From the NCBI GenBank assembly GCA_030656215.1, contig JAUSOD010000091.1, positions 104,356 to 168,355 of the forward strand: a stretch of 64,000 nucleotides of DNA, written 5' to 3'. The stretch is from Azoarcus sp. Its GTDB lineage: Bacteria > Pseudomonadota > Gammaproteobacteria > Burkholderiales > Rhodocyclaceae. A model generated the notes under the pieces. It did not search any database. It was given only the letters and a program-made list of their open reading frames with translations, and was not told the DNA's origin. This document shows positions 10,987 to 20,486 of the stretch, piece after piece. Position numbers and translations under genes: made by a program. Each line of letters begins with the position of its first letter. Position 1 is the stretch's first letter.

Positions 10987-11598
10987 TCAGGCCGAAACCG
11001 CAGTCAGCGGCCGCACTTCCGACACGGGCATCTTCTCCGGGGTCCGCCGAACATCCTTGTCGGCTGAAGCCAGGGGCTGAACATCGCCCGACACCTCACC
11101 GCCTTCCTCGATCAGGATCCTGCCATAGCGGATCTTGCCGCTCACCCGCCCGGTAGCGTGGATGATCAGTTGCTGGCGCGCCGTCAGCTCGCCTTCGAAC
11201 ACCCCATGAATCTCGGCCACATCGATGCCGACCTTGCCACTGAATGCACCGGCCTCCGAGATCCGGATCACCCGGCTGTCCATCGTTGCCTCGACCCGAC
11301 CTTCAACTACCAGGGTATCGCAATCGAGGATCTCCGCCCCCTTGAGTTTGACGTGAGGGCCGACGATGAGGCTGCTGGCGCTGCCTGCAGCCTCGGTGAC
11401 CGGTGTATCGGTCACCTTGGGCTCCAGTGTCGCCGATACGGTGCCTGACGGCATGTCGGGCATTGGCGACAGCGTACCCGAAGCCATATTCGTTCCCGTG
11501 CCGCCAGTTGACCCGGGCGTGGTCAGCCCGGCAGGTCTGGAACTACGAGCAGCCGAGGGATCGGGGACTTTGGGGAACAGGTTGGGCTTGTTGAACAT
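10987..11598 (-). CDS. Bactofilin (polymer-forming cytoskeletal protein) with Pro/Thr/Gly-rich N-terminal extension
   Basis: Beta-helix repeats LVVEGRVEA, FSGKVGIDVAEIHGVFEGELTARQQLIIHATGRVSGKIRYGRILIEEGGEVSG; ATG at 11598 with CAGGAG SD. Confidence 0.9.
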   Translation of the reverse strand: MFNKPNLFPKVPDPSAARSSRPAGLTTPGSTGGTGTNMASGTLSPMPDMPSGTVSATLEPKVTDTPVTEAAGSASSLIVGPHVKLKGAEILDCDTLVVEGRVEATMDSRVIRISEAGAFSGKVGIDVAEIHGVFEGELTARQQLIIHATGRVSGKIRYGRILIEEGGEVSGDVQPLASADKDVRRTPEKMPVSEVRPLTAVSA

Positions 11599-11651
11599 GG
11601 CATCTCCTGAAGAATCCTGGTGCACCGGAATGAGGCACCAACGCCAACAGG

Positions 11652-11667
11652 AGCAAGGCGCGTACCC
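11652..11667 (-). promoter_or_regulatory. Sigma54 (-24/-12) promoter for the bactofilin gene
   Basis: Minus strand GGGTACGCGCCTTGCT has exact GG-N10-GC spacing with TTGC, about 55 bp upstream of the ATG. Confidence 0.7.
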
Positions 11668-11751
11668 GGCGCAATAAATCACATATAAAACAGTTACTTG
11701 AATATCATCATGCCGGATTCGAAGCCGATTTCCACGCGCATCGACGCCAAA

Positions 11752-11771
11752 CTGTCGCTTAACGGCGACAG
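11752..11771. promoter_or_regulatory. Enhancer site TGTC-N10-GACA (GlrR-type UAS)
   Basis: CTGTCGC-TTAACG-GCGACAG palindrome. Confidence 0.7.
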
Positions 11772-11819
11772 CTGCTTGCTCACTAAAGCACAAATCATTG
11801 CTGCAAATGCACTTCCCAT

Positions 11820-11837
11820 TGTCGTTGTATGGCAACA
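11820..11837. promoter_or_regulatory. Second enhancer site TGTC-N10-AACA (1 mismatch)
   Basis: TGTCGTTGTATGGCAACA. Confidence 0.5.
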
Positions 11838-11950
11838 CCTGCCAAACGAAACATCATTTTGCACTTGCTTACCAGGCATTCGAGGCATGCCCGCCTAAAC
11901 TGCTTTGGCACTGCCTACCCACCCTGCAACAGCACACCGACCGCGGCCAA

Positions 11951-13033
11951 ATGCATTTCGAACAAGCGCAGCACTTCGAACAAGCGTGTGACCACCTGAC
12001 TTCCCGGCATGCGCCGCAGCCCAGAACTGCTGCCCCGGCACGGGTTTCCGGCGCAACCGGAATACCCGCGCGAGCAGGTATCGTCAGCCGCAGCGAGGGC
12101 ATGCAGGCCGTGTTGAGAGACGCCAGCCTGCTGGCCAGTAGCGATGCGAGCGTGCTCATCCGGGGTGAGAGCGGTACCGGCAAAGAACTCCTCGCACGCT
12201 TCATCCATCAGGCCAGCCCGCGTGCCGCCGCCCCGTTCATCGCCATCAACTGCAGCGCCATCCCGGAAACCCTGCTCGAATCGGAACTCTTCGGCCACGT
12301 TCGCGGTGCGTTCAGCGGCGCAAGCAGCGCACATACAGGGCTGTTCGAGGCGGCTGACGGCGGTACCCTGTTCCTCGACGAAATTGGCGACATGCCGCCG
12401 CCCCTGCAAGCAAAGCTGCTGCGCGTACTACAGGAGCGAACCATCCGGGCGGTCGGCGCAACCAGCAGCCGCAGCGTCGACGTTCGCATCCTGTCGGCCA
12501 CCCATCACGACCTGATGGCGGCACTGGCGAGCGGCCGTTTTCGCGAGGATCTCTACTACCGGATCAATGTGGTCAGCCTGGTCCTGCCGCCGCTCAACGA
12601 ACGTCGCGAAGACATCCCCTTGCTTGCGCAACACTTCCTGAGCGGAATTACCCGACGCGATGGAAAACGTCTGCGGGGCTTTTCACCACAGGCCCTGCAG
12701 GCGCTGAGCCTGGCCGACTGGCCGGGAAACATCAGGGAGTTGCAGAACGTGGTCGAACAGGTCTGCGCCCTGTGCACCACGCCGCAGATCCCGCTTGCTC
12801 TGATCGAGCGCGCACTTCGGGTGGCACCGACCAGGCGCTTCAGCTATGCGGAAGCCAAGACGCGCTTTGAGCGCGACTACCTCACCCGACTGCTGATCAT
12901 GACCTCAGGGAACGTGTCCGAGGCGGCCCGGGTTGCCGAACGCAACCGCACCGAGTTCTACCGCTTGCTGCAGCGGCACGGTCTCGACCCCATTCTGTTT
13001 CGCAGCGACCGGAGCGATGACTCAGCCACCTGA
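11951..13033 (+). CDS. Sigma54-dependent activator, GlrR-like AAA+/Fis-HTH, lacking a receiver domain
   Basis: GESGTGKE, ESELFGHVRGAFSGA, FLDEIGDMP, FREDLYYR, WPGNIRELQN, and a C-terminal GNVSEAARVAERNRTEFYRLL typical of GlrR. Start uncertain (11951 chosen). Confidence 0.85.
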   Translation: MHFEQAQHFEQACDHLTSRHAPQPRTAAPARVSGATGIPARAGIVSRSEGMQAVLRDASLLASSDASVLIRGESGTGKELLARFIHQASPRAAAPFIAINCSAIPETLLESELFGHVRGAFSGASSAHTGLFEAADGGTLFLDEIGDMPPPLQAKLLRVLQERTIRAVGATSSRSVDVRILSATHHDLMAALASGRFREDLYYRINVVSLVLPPLNERREDIPLLAQHFLSGITRRDGKRLRGFSPQALQALSLADWPGNIRELQNVVEQVCALCTTPQIPLALIERALRVAPTRRFSYAEAKTRFERDYLTRLLIMTSGNVSEAARVAERNRTEFYRLLQRHGLDPILFRSDRSDDSAT

Positions 13034-13107
13034 GGCACAACGGGTGCCACGAGCATCAATCCGTTGCGAGCGACATCAATCCGTTACGCAGGCCGCAATA
13101 AGCTGCG

Positions 13108-13734
13108 TCAGGCAGCGCCCCCGAGTCTGGCGCGAAAGCGATCAACACAGCGATCCAGTTGGAAGCGTGGCGCTTTTTGCACCGCAAGCAGCAATTCAAG
13201 GCTGAGTGCCGGTAGACGAAAACGCTGCTGCAGGGTCTGACCCAGATGCACGAACAGATTCGCGGTGGCCTCCGCATCGGCCAGCGCACGGTGGTAGCGG
13301 CCGGTGGCGGGTAGCCGCAGGGTGCTGACCAGGGTACCGAGCTTGTGATTGGGCGCATCGGGCACGAGCCGGCGCGAGAGCAGCAAAGAGCACACGAAAT
13401 CGGCTGCCTGGCGGCGACCGATACGCTGCAGCTCGGCCTCCCAGAACTTTCGATCGAAAGCGGCATTGTGCGCGACCAGCGGCCAGCTGCCCACGAAGTC
13501 CGCGGCCTCGCGCATCACCTCCTCGGCCCGCGGCGCACTGCGTACCATGGCATTGGTGATGCCAGTGAGCGCCTGGATCTCGTACGGGATGAAGGCGCCT
13601 GCATTCATCAGGCTCTGATAGCGGTCAACCACCCGCCCGCTATCAATCAGAACGATGGCGACCTCGGTTGCCCGGGCGCCCAGATCGGGCGACATGCCGG
13701 TGGTTTCGAAGTCGATGACAGCGTAAGTGCTCAC
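13108..13734 (-). CDS. DEDDh 3'-5' exonuclease (DnaQ/epsilon-like)
   Basis: VIDFETTG, AHNAAFD, HRALADA; GTG start at 13734. Confidence 0.9.
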   Translation of the reverse strand: MSTYAVIDFETTGMSPDLGARATEVAIVLIDSGRVVDRYQSLMNAGAFIPYEIQALTGITNAMVRSAPRAEEVMREAADFVGSWPLVAHNAAFDRKFWEAELQRIGRRQAADFVCSLLLSRRLVPDAPNHKLGTLVSTLRLPATGRYHRALADAEATANLFVHLGQTLQQRFRLPALSLELLLAVQKAPRFQLDRCVDRFRARLGGAA

Positions 13735-13879
13735 ATCCGATTCCTGCGATGAATGACATCCGGGACCAAGCTCAGGGGCAAAAAACCGGAACCACCCCGC
13801 CTGACAAAACGCCCCCTTGAAACGACCCGGCCGTCCATCTCGGCGTGCCGGGTACTCATCTCCAGCGGGCACTCCCCGA

Positions 13880-15325
13880 TCAGGCCGTGCCGCCCACGGT
13901 CAGACCATCGATGCGCAACGTCGGCTGGCCAACCCCCACCGGTACGCTCTGGCCGTCCTTGCCGCAGGTGCCCACGCCGGGGTCGAGCGCCATGTCGTTG
14001 CCGATCATGCTGACCCGGGTGAGCACATCGGGACCATTGCCGATCAGGGTTGCGCCCTTCACCGGGCGGGTCACCTTGCCGTTCTCGATCAGGTAGGCCT
14101 CGGAGGTGGAGAAGACGAACTTGCCCGACGTGATGTCGACCTGACCGCCGCCAAAATTCACCGCATACAAGCCCTTCTTGACCGACTTGATGATCTCGGC
14201 CGGATCCTTGTCGCCATTGAGCATGTAGGTGTTGGTCATGCGCGGCAGTGGCAGGTGGGCATAGGACTCGCGGCGGCCGTTGCCAGTGGGCGCCATGCCC
14301 ATCAGGCGGGCGTTCATGGTGTCCAGCATGTAGCCGGTGAGGATGCCGTCCTCGATCAGCACCGTGCGCTCGGTTGGGTTACCCTCGTCGTCAATGGTCA
14401 AGGAACCGCGTCGATCGGGAATCGTGCCGTCATCCACCACGGTCACGCCTTTGGCCGCCACCTGCTGGCCGATCATGCCGGAAAAAGCCGAACTGCCCTT
14501 GCGGTTGAAATCGCCTTCAAGCCCATGGCCGATCGCCTCATGCAGCAGGATGCCGGGCCAGCCCGGGCCGAGCACCACCGCCATGGTACCGGCCGGCGCG
14601 GGGTCGGCGGCGAGGTTAACGCTGGCCTGATGGACCGCCGCACGCGCGTAGTCGCGCAGGCGGTCATCGCAGAAATAGCCATAGTCGTAACGCCCGCCGC
14701 CGCCGGCGCTGCCTTGCTCGCGCTTGTCCTTGTCTTCCATGATCACACTGATCGACACTCGCACCAGCGGACGCACGTCGGCTGCCATATGGCCATCGCT
14801 GCGCGCCACCAGCACCACCTCCCAGGATCCGGCGATATGTGCCATGACTTGGGTCACGCGCGGGTCCAGGTCGCGGGCAAAGCCCTCGAGCCGCTCGAGC
14901 AGGCTGACCTTGGCGGTGTCGTCGAGCGAATCGAGCGGATCGTCGGCACGATAGAGCCGGTTGCGCGACTTGTGCGGGTTGATCGCCACCGTGCGCCGGC
15001 TGCCGGCGCCAGCGATTGCGCGGGTGGCGCTTGCCGCACCGACCAGCGCATCGAGGGAAATGTCGTCGGAGTAGGCAAACGCGGTCTTCTCGCCGCTGAT
15101 CGCACGCACCCCCACACCCTGCTCGATGTCAAAGCTGCCCGACTTGACGATGCCCTCCTCCAGGCTCCACGCTTCAGAGCGCTGGTACTGGAAGTACAGA
15201 TCGGCATAGTCGATATCGTGTCGCATCAACTTGCGGAACACCTTCTCGAGTTCGGCCTCACCCAGGGCATAGGGCGACAGCAGGTAGCGATCGGCAACTT
15301 TAAGGGCATTCTGGCTTTTGCTCAT
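13880..15325 (-). CDS. tldD: Metalloprotease TldD
   Basis: [45 protein letters not shown]. Confidence 0.97.
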   Translation of the reverse strand: MSKSQNALKVADRYLLSPYALGEAELEKVFRKLMRHDIDYADLYFQYQRSEAWSLEEGIVKSGSFDIEQGVGVRAISGEKTAFAYSDDISLDALVGAASATRAIAGAGSRRTVAINPHKSRNRLYRADDPLDSLDDTAKVSLLERLEGFARDLDPRVTQVMAHIAGSWEVVLVARSDGHMAADVRPLVRVSISVIMEDKDKREQGSAGGGGRYDYGYFCDDRLRDYARAAVHQASVNLAADPAPAGTMAVVLGPGWPGILLHEAIGHGLEGDFNRKGSSAFSGMIGQQVAAKGVTVVDDGTIPDRRGSLTIDDEGNPTERTVLIEDGILTGYMLDTMNARLMGMAPTGNGRRESYAHLPLPRMTNTYMLNGDKDPAEIIKSVKKGLYAVNFGGGQVDITSGKFVFSTSEAYLIENGKVTRPVKGATLIGNGPDVLTRVSMIGNDMALDPGVGTCGKDGQSVPVGVGQPTLRIDGLTVGGTA

Positions 15326-15397
15326 CGTGTATCCATGTGTAGGCGCTGCCGGTTCGACCCGGTCAGCGCGAAATCGATCAGTTCTTTTTTGCGCCGC

Positions 15398-16237
15398 TCA
15401 CGCGGGGACGTCAAGGCGCCGGTGCCGTAAGGCCGGCAAGCTCTCGCGTATCGAGGCCATCCGGGCAAAATCGAGCTCGGCCGTCACCACGCCCGGCCCT
15501 CTCTCGAGACACGCGACGATGTCACCCCATGGGTCGATGATCATCGTATGCCCCCAGGTCACGCGCCCGCCCGGATGCTCGCCACCCTGGGCCGGCGCCA
15601 TCACATAGCACTGGTTCTCGATTGCACGGGCGCGCAGCAGCACCTCCCAGTGCGCGCGGCCCGTGGTATGGGTAAAGGCCGCCGGCAGGATGATCAGATT
15701 GACCGCCCCCATCGCGCGGTAGAGTTCTGGAAAGCGCAAGTCGTAACACACCGAGAGCCCTGTACGACCGACCGGCGACTCGAAGGTGACGACCTCACAA
15801 CCGGGCTCTATTGTCACCGACTCGTCATAACGTTCGGTGCCGCGCTGAAAACCGAACAGGTGGATCTTGTCGTAACGTGCCACCTGCTCGCCGCGGTCGT
15901 CGTAGACCAGCGTGCTGTTGCGCACCTTGTCCTCGGCAAGCGCCACCAGCGGCAGTGTTCCGCCAATCAGCCACACGCCATGACGCCGCGCCGCCGCGCG
16001 CAGAAAATCCTGGATAGGCCCTTCGCCCTCGCGTTCGCGCAACCTGACCTTTGCCATTTCGTCCGGCGTGATCAGCGCAAAGTACTCGGGCAGCGCAATC
16101 AGACGAGCCCCCTGCGCGGCCGCCTCGGCGATCAGCGCGCCCGCCATCTTCAGGTTGGCATCGACGTCCGGACCGGACACGGTCTGGATCGCCGCAATAT
16201 TCACGTTCGCGGGCACCGCTGCGGGGCAGTCGGACAT
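15398..16237 (-). CDS. Carbon-nitrogen hydrolase (Nit1/deaminated glutathione amidase-like)
   Basis: LPEYF, YDKIHLF, VCYDLRFPELY, RARAIENQ; usual position between yhdP and tldD. Confidence 0.92.
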   Translation of the reverse strand: MSDCPAAVPANVNIAAIQTVSGPDVDANLKMAGALIAEAAAQGARLIALPEYFALITPDEMAKVRLREREGEGPIQDFLRAAARRHGVWLIGGTLPLVALAEDKVRNSTLVYDDRGEQVARYDKIHLFGFQRGTERYDESVTIEPGCEVVTFESPVGRTGLSVCYDLRFPELYRAMGAVNLIILPAAFTHTTGRAHWEVLLRARAIENQCYVMAPAQGGEHPGGRVTWGHTMIIDPWGDIVACLERGPGVVTAELDFARMASIRESLPALRHRRLDVPA

Positions 16238-16253
16238 CAGCCTGTTTTCCTCA

Positions 16254-19200
16254 TCATTTGGCGCCGTCAGGTAGCGGACTATCAGGCAGGCTGGGGATCA
16301 AACCGCCCACCGGCGACGCAAGCTTCTCCACCACCGGATCGCTCCAGCTGCCGGTGATCGCGTAATCGTAGGCAAACAACTTCTCGATCGGATCGCTCAA
16401 TGCCTTCTGCGCAAGGTAGGTGATGACGCCGGCCACCGGATTGATCAACCCCGCCGCCGCACCGATCGCGATCGACTCCGACAGGGTGGGCTGCACCGTT
16501 ACCCGCAGATTCTGCGTTTCGGCCGCGATGTCTGCCGTGCCACGCATCAGCACCCGTGCCGCGGGGCCACGAATCTCAAGGGTCTTGCTGCTCATCACGC
16601 CAGCAGCGACGTCGATGCTACCGGAAATGCGGTCGAAGGCGAATCCCTGGGAGAACACGTCGCGAAAATCGAGCGTGATCCGCCGCGGCAAGGCCTGCAG
16701 GCTGAGGATGCCAAGCAGGCGCCCCACGCCCGGTTCGAGCTGGTTGAACTGCCCCTTTTCGGCATCGAGGTCGAGCTTGCCGGCCAGGGTCGGGTAGTCG
16801 ATGGCGGTTGGCGCCCCGCGCCAGGCAAGCTGCCCGCCCAGCGTGGCGCGACCGCCGCGGACGACATCCGGATAGCCAAGGGCGTGGGTGAAGCGGCCGA
16901 TGTCGGCCGTTTCGAGTACGAAATCAAGCTGGGTGCGCGGCTCCGTGCCCGGGCGCCACACGCCGTTTCCGCCCAGGCGACCATCCGGATGAACCAGCGC
17001 AAAGCGCTCCAGCCACCATTCACCGTTCCGGTTTCGCGCCAGGACCTCCAGCTTGCCCAGTGCCCGCTCGCCGAGCGAGAACTGCTCGATCCGGACATCG
17101 AGTCCGGGCAGCCTGCGCGGCGGCACGGAATGCCCCATATCCTCCGACGCGCCGGACTGGGACGGCGGATCCGACGCCGAACCGCCCACCGTCAGCCGCT
17201 GGAAACGCGCCGCCAGGATGCCGTCGCCCGCCTCACGCCAGTCGAACTCGCCCTGCGCCTCGGTGCTCTCCAGCCTGGCCTTCCACCCACCTTCATCGGA
17301 CACCGCACGGAGTTTGAGCGCATTGAACTGCTGCCCGAAAGCCTGTAAACGCTGCACCTCGAGCACCACGCCGGCAAGCGGCAGCCCGTCCGCAGACGCC
17401 GCTGGCCCCGGTTGCGCCGGCTGCTCATCCTCACGCGCCGCCTCCAGCGCACGTCGCCACGCATCCACGTCGAATTGATCAAGCTTGGCTGCAATCAGAA
17501 TCCCCTTGTCCGCCATCCGTACGGGCTGGAACACACCCACCCCGCCGCGGGTGATCGTGCCGTCGGCTCCGCGCTCCAGCGCCGCCTCCACCCGGCCGGC
17601 CAGCTTGCCGCTGATCGTTGCCACACCGCCACCCGCGGGATAGACCAGCTCCACCGCCAGCGGCCAGCGCTCGCTCGCGCCCTTATTGAGCGGATACGGC
17701 AGACTGGACCCCACACCGTCGAGCTCGGAGCCTATCTCGACCCGGGTACCCTCACGCCCAACCGAGATGTCGGTGCTCCATCCGCTGGTACCCGACAGGT
17801 GATCGAGCGCTGGCCAGTCCAGCGCGGCACGCACCGCGGTGACACTGATCCCGCCTTTGACCTTGAACCCCACCTTGCCGTCGGCAGTGGTTGCTGCGCT
17901 CAGTTGCACAGGCTCGCCGAACAGGCGCGCACGCGCCTCGGGGATGCTCAGCTCGTCGGCAGTAAAGCGCAAGCGCCCCGCTGCCTCTTCCATCGGCGGC
18001 AGCCCGTCGACCACCCACAAGCGATTGGCGGAGAACCGATACTCGCCGGTCACGGCCGTGTCGAGCACACTACGCAACGGCATCACCAGTTTGAGATTGA
18101 GCGTGCCATTGCCCTCTGCACGCATGTGATCGGTGAAACCGTCAATCCGGCGGGCCACCGGGCTCTCGTTCACGAAACGCAGAAAGTCGGCCGTTGTCCC
18201 ACTGGCGATGCCGGTGAGCGTCATGACCTCGCTCGGCTTCACGTCCAGATCAGGCACGATGGCCACCACCTTGCTCAGATTGACGCCAAAGATTCGTCCG
18301 CGACTTGCCTCGATGCTCATTCCGGGCCCTTCGAATCGGACCTCGCCATCAATCGCCTCGATCGGTGGCCAGTCCGGCGCATAGGCAAGCCGCCCGTTGG
18401 CCACCTTGATGGCCACCAGAAACTGTCCATTGCCATCCCTGAACGGGAAGTCGGCAAGCTGCCCCTTAAGCTTGAACCGCACATCCGGCACAGTCGCGCT
18501 GCGAATCGCGCTGCGCACCCAGTCCTGAGTGTCACGGTTGATCACCCGCGGCAGGTAACGCCACACGGCAGCGCCGTCAGCCCGGGTCAGGCGGGCCGAC
18601 AGGTCGATCTCACCCGGCCCGCCCGGCTCCAGCCAGTACCGTCCGGCAGCAGTTCCCGCCGCATCCTGATTATCGAACGCGGCCGAATCGAGCGCGATTT
18701 CGAGTCGGCCATCGCGACGCGTCCAGCCGCCATCGGCCTTGAAGGTGGCAAACAGCAGGCGCGAGTTCTCGAATACGTCCGGCAGATCGACATGCGTATC
18801 ACGACCGGCAAGGAGGAAGCGCCCGCCCTGGTCGTTGCCGTCAATTTCGCCCGACAGCCCGCCAACGCCGGGCAATGCCTCACGCGCAGCCAGCCCGATC
18901 CGATCAAAACGTGCAGCCAGCTTCCATGAACTGGGCGCTTCGATCTCGCCCTTCCAGTCAAGCGCCAGATCGCGAACCTGGCCTTGCGGATCGAAGGCTG
19001 CAAGGCGCGCCCTCACACTATCGTCGAGCGGCAAATGCGCGGCGAGCCGGGCCAGCGCGGCGAAATCGAGTATGTTCGCCGTCAGCGTTCCTTCTGCGGA
19101 TCTGCCACGCAGTGCATGCTGCACCCGCAAGCCGAAATCGGTTGGGTCCAGCACCACGCCGTCAGCGGTGGTGAGCGACAGCCCGCGCGCCTGCAGCTCC

Positions 19201-20171
19201 GAACCAGAAGCTGAGCGCCGTCCGACGAAATGACCATCAAGCTGTTTCAACTGCAGTTCGGGCAGGCCCGGCGCCAGGCGCGACACGACCGAATCCAGCG
19301 CGACATCGGCGGTCAGCTCCAAGGACTCCGCACCCTTCGCATCGAGCCACAGGCTCAGCCGACCCTGTCCGGACAGTTCGAGCGGGTAGTCGACCCATGG
19401 CGCCCATCCGCCAAGGTCGGCACGTTCGAGCTCCACATAAAGACGACCGATCGTCTCGCCCGGACTCTTCGCGTCAAACCGGCGCAGCTCGCCCCTCACA
19501 TCGAGCGCCGAGGCCAGCTCGGCCGGTGGCTCGGCACGTAGCGCGAAGCGCTGGTGGCGCAAGCCCTGCTCAAAGGAAAACTCGACCCCCTTAAGCTGCA
19601 GCAGTGGCGCCCCCCGCAGCATGTCGGTCCACGACAGCGAAGCCTTGCGCACCACCACCTTGCGCTGCGCCAGCAGCCAGTCGGCAAACCCGCCGTCCTC
19701 GCCATCGCCATCGACTCGCAAGCCGCCAATGAGCAAAGAACCATCGGCTTCACGGCGGGCCTCGATCGCGGGGCCGACAATCTCCAGAAGGTGGAAATAG
19801 GGGCCAAGCCGCAACAACGAGGTCCATGCCAGGGTGGCGTCGACCTGCTCGAGCCGCAAGGCCGGACGTCCGGCCGCATCGCTCACCTCAAGCCCGGCAA
19901 GGTGCAGGCGCGGCCGCAATCCGGACCAGTCCGCATTCAGCATCCCGATCGTCACCGGCAGGCCGCTGACGCGCGACAGCTCGGCGGCGATCTCGTCCCG
20001 GTACTCACCGATCTGCGGTACCACGACCCAGCGCAACACAAGGAAGAGCCCGCCGAACAGGAACCAGACCAGCAGCAGCGCCATCCAGAGCCGGCGCAGC
20101 AGGCGGGAACTCACCCGCCCGGCCAGCGCCTTCGGGGGCCTTGCAGCCGGCGGTGCGGTGTCGGCGCTCAT
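16254..20171 (-). CDS. yhdP: AsmA-like phospholipid transport protein YhdP
   Basis: About 1300 aa, N-terminal TM helix, C-terminal GVGRLLGILSLQALPRRITLDFRDVFSQGFAFD; start MSADT at 20171. Confidence 0.92.
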   Translation of the reverse strand: MSADTAPPAARPPKALAGRVSSRLLRRLWMALLLVWFLFGGLFLVLRWVVVPQIGEYRDEIAAELSRVSGLPVTIGMLNADWSGLRPRLHLAGLEVSDAAGRPALRLEQVDATLAWTSLLRLGPYFHLLEIVGPAIEARREADGSLLIGGLRVDGDGEDGGFADWLLAQRKVVVRKASLSWTDMLRGAPLLQLKGVEFSFEQGLRHQRFALRAEPPAELASALDVRGELRRFDAKSPGETIGRLYVELERADLGGWAPWVDYPLELSGQGRLSLWLDAKGAESLELTADVALDSVVSRLAPGLPELQLKQLDGHFVGRRSASGSELQARGLSLTTADGVVLDPTDFGLRVQHALRGRSAEGTLTANILDFAALARLAAHLPLDDSVRARLAAFDPQGQVRDLALDWKGEIEAPSSWKLAARFDRIGLAAREALPGVGGLSGEIDGNDQGGRFLLAGRDTHVDLPDVFENSRLLFATFKADGGWTRRDGRLEIALDSAAFDNQDAAGTAAGRYWLEPGGPGEIDLSARLTRADGAAVWRYLPRVINRDTQDWVRSAIRSATVPDVRFKLKGQLADFPFRDGNGQFLVAIKVANGRLAYAPDWPPIEAIDGEVRFEGPGMSIEASRGRIFGVNLSKVVAIVPDLDVKPSEVMTLTGIASGTTADFLRFVNESPVARRIDGFTDHMRAEGNGTLNLKLVMPLRSVLDTAVTGEYRFSANRLWVVDGLPPMEEAAGRLRFTADELSIPEARARLFGEPVQLSAATTADGKVGFKVKGGISVTAVRAALDWPALDHLSGTSGWSTDISVGREGTRVEIGSELDGVGSSLPYPLNKGASERWPLAVELVYPAGGGVATISGKLAGRVEAALERGADGTITRGGVGVFQPVRMADKGILIAAKLDQFDVDAWRRALEAAREDEQPAQPGPAASADGLPLAGVVLEVQRLQAFGQQFNALKLRAVSDEGGWKARLESTEAQGEFDWREAGDGILAARFQRLTVGGSASDPPSQSGASEDMGHSVPPRRLPGLDVRIEQFSLGERALGKLEVLARNRNGEWWLERFALVHPDGRLGGNGVWRPGTEPRTQLDFVLETADIGRFTHALGYPDVVRGGRATLGGQLAWRGAPTAIDYPTLAGKLDLDAEKGQFNQLEPGVGRLLGILSLQALPRRITLDFRDVFSQGFAFDRISGSIDVAAGVMSSKTLEIRGPAARVLMRGTADIAAETQNLRVTVQPTLSESIAIGAAAGLINPVAGVITYLAQKALSDPIEKLFAYDYAITGSWSDPVVEKLASPVGGLIPSLPDSPLPDGAK

Positions 20172-20486
20172 AGCCAGCTGTCCAACAGGGTGGCCGAATA
20201 GACGCCGGCAAACCGCCTGACCTCGACGCGCAGCGCGCAGCAGGAACTTGAGGACAGACAAATGTGGCCGGATCGAAAGCGCATGGCGGGCCTGATTGAC
20301 ATAAAAAAGGGGCGAGACGGGCTTTACCCCACCTGCAAGGCACCGGCAGCAAGCCCGATGGAGTGTCAGAACTCCGCCGAGGCCCGGTGGCTTGGCTACA
20401 ATCCTGGACTTGACCTCCTTGCCCCTTCTCGTACCCCACCAGGCCGGAAGGCGCGAATTCTACCAATGTTCGGGAGCGCCTCGCCC

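Noticed and set aside
11798-11950. Extra 51 codons in the track ORF for the sigma54 activator
   Set aside because: Overlaps the enhancer-containing, lower-GC spacer and does not resemble a receiver domain; treated as non-coding.
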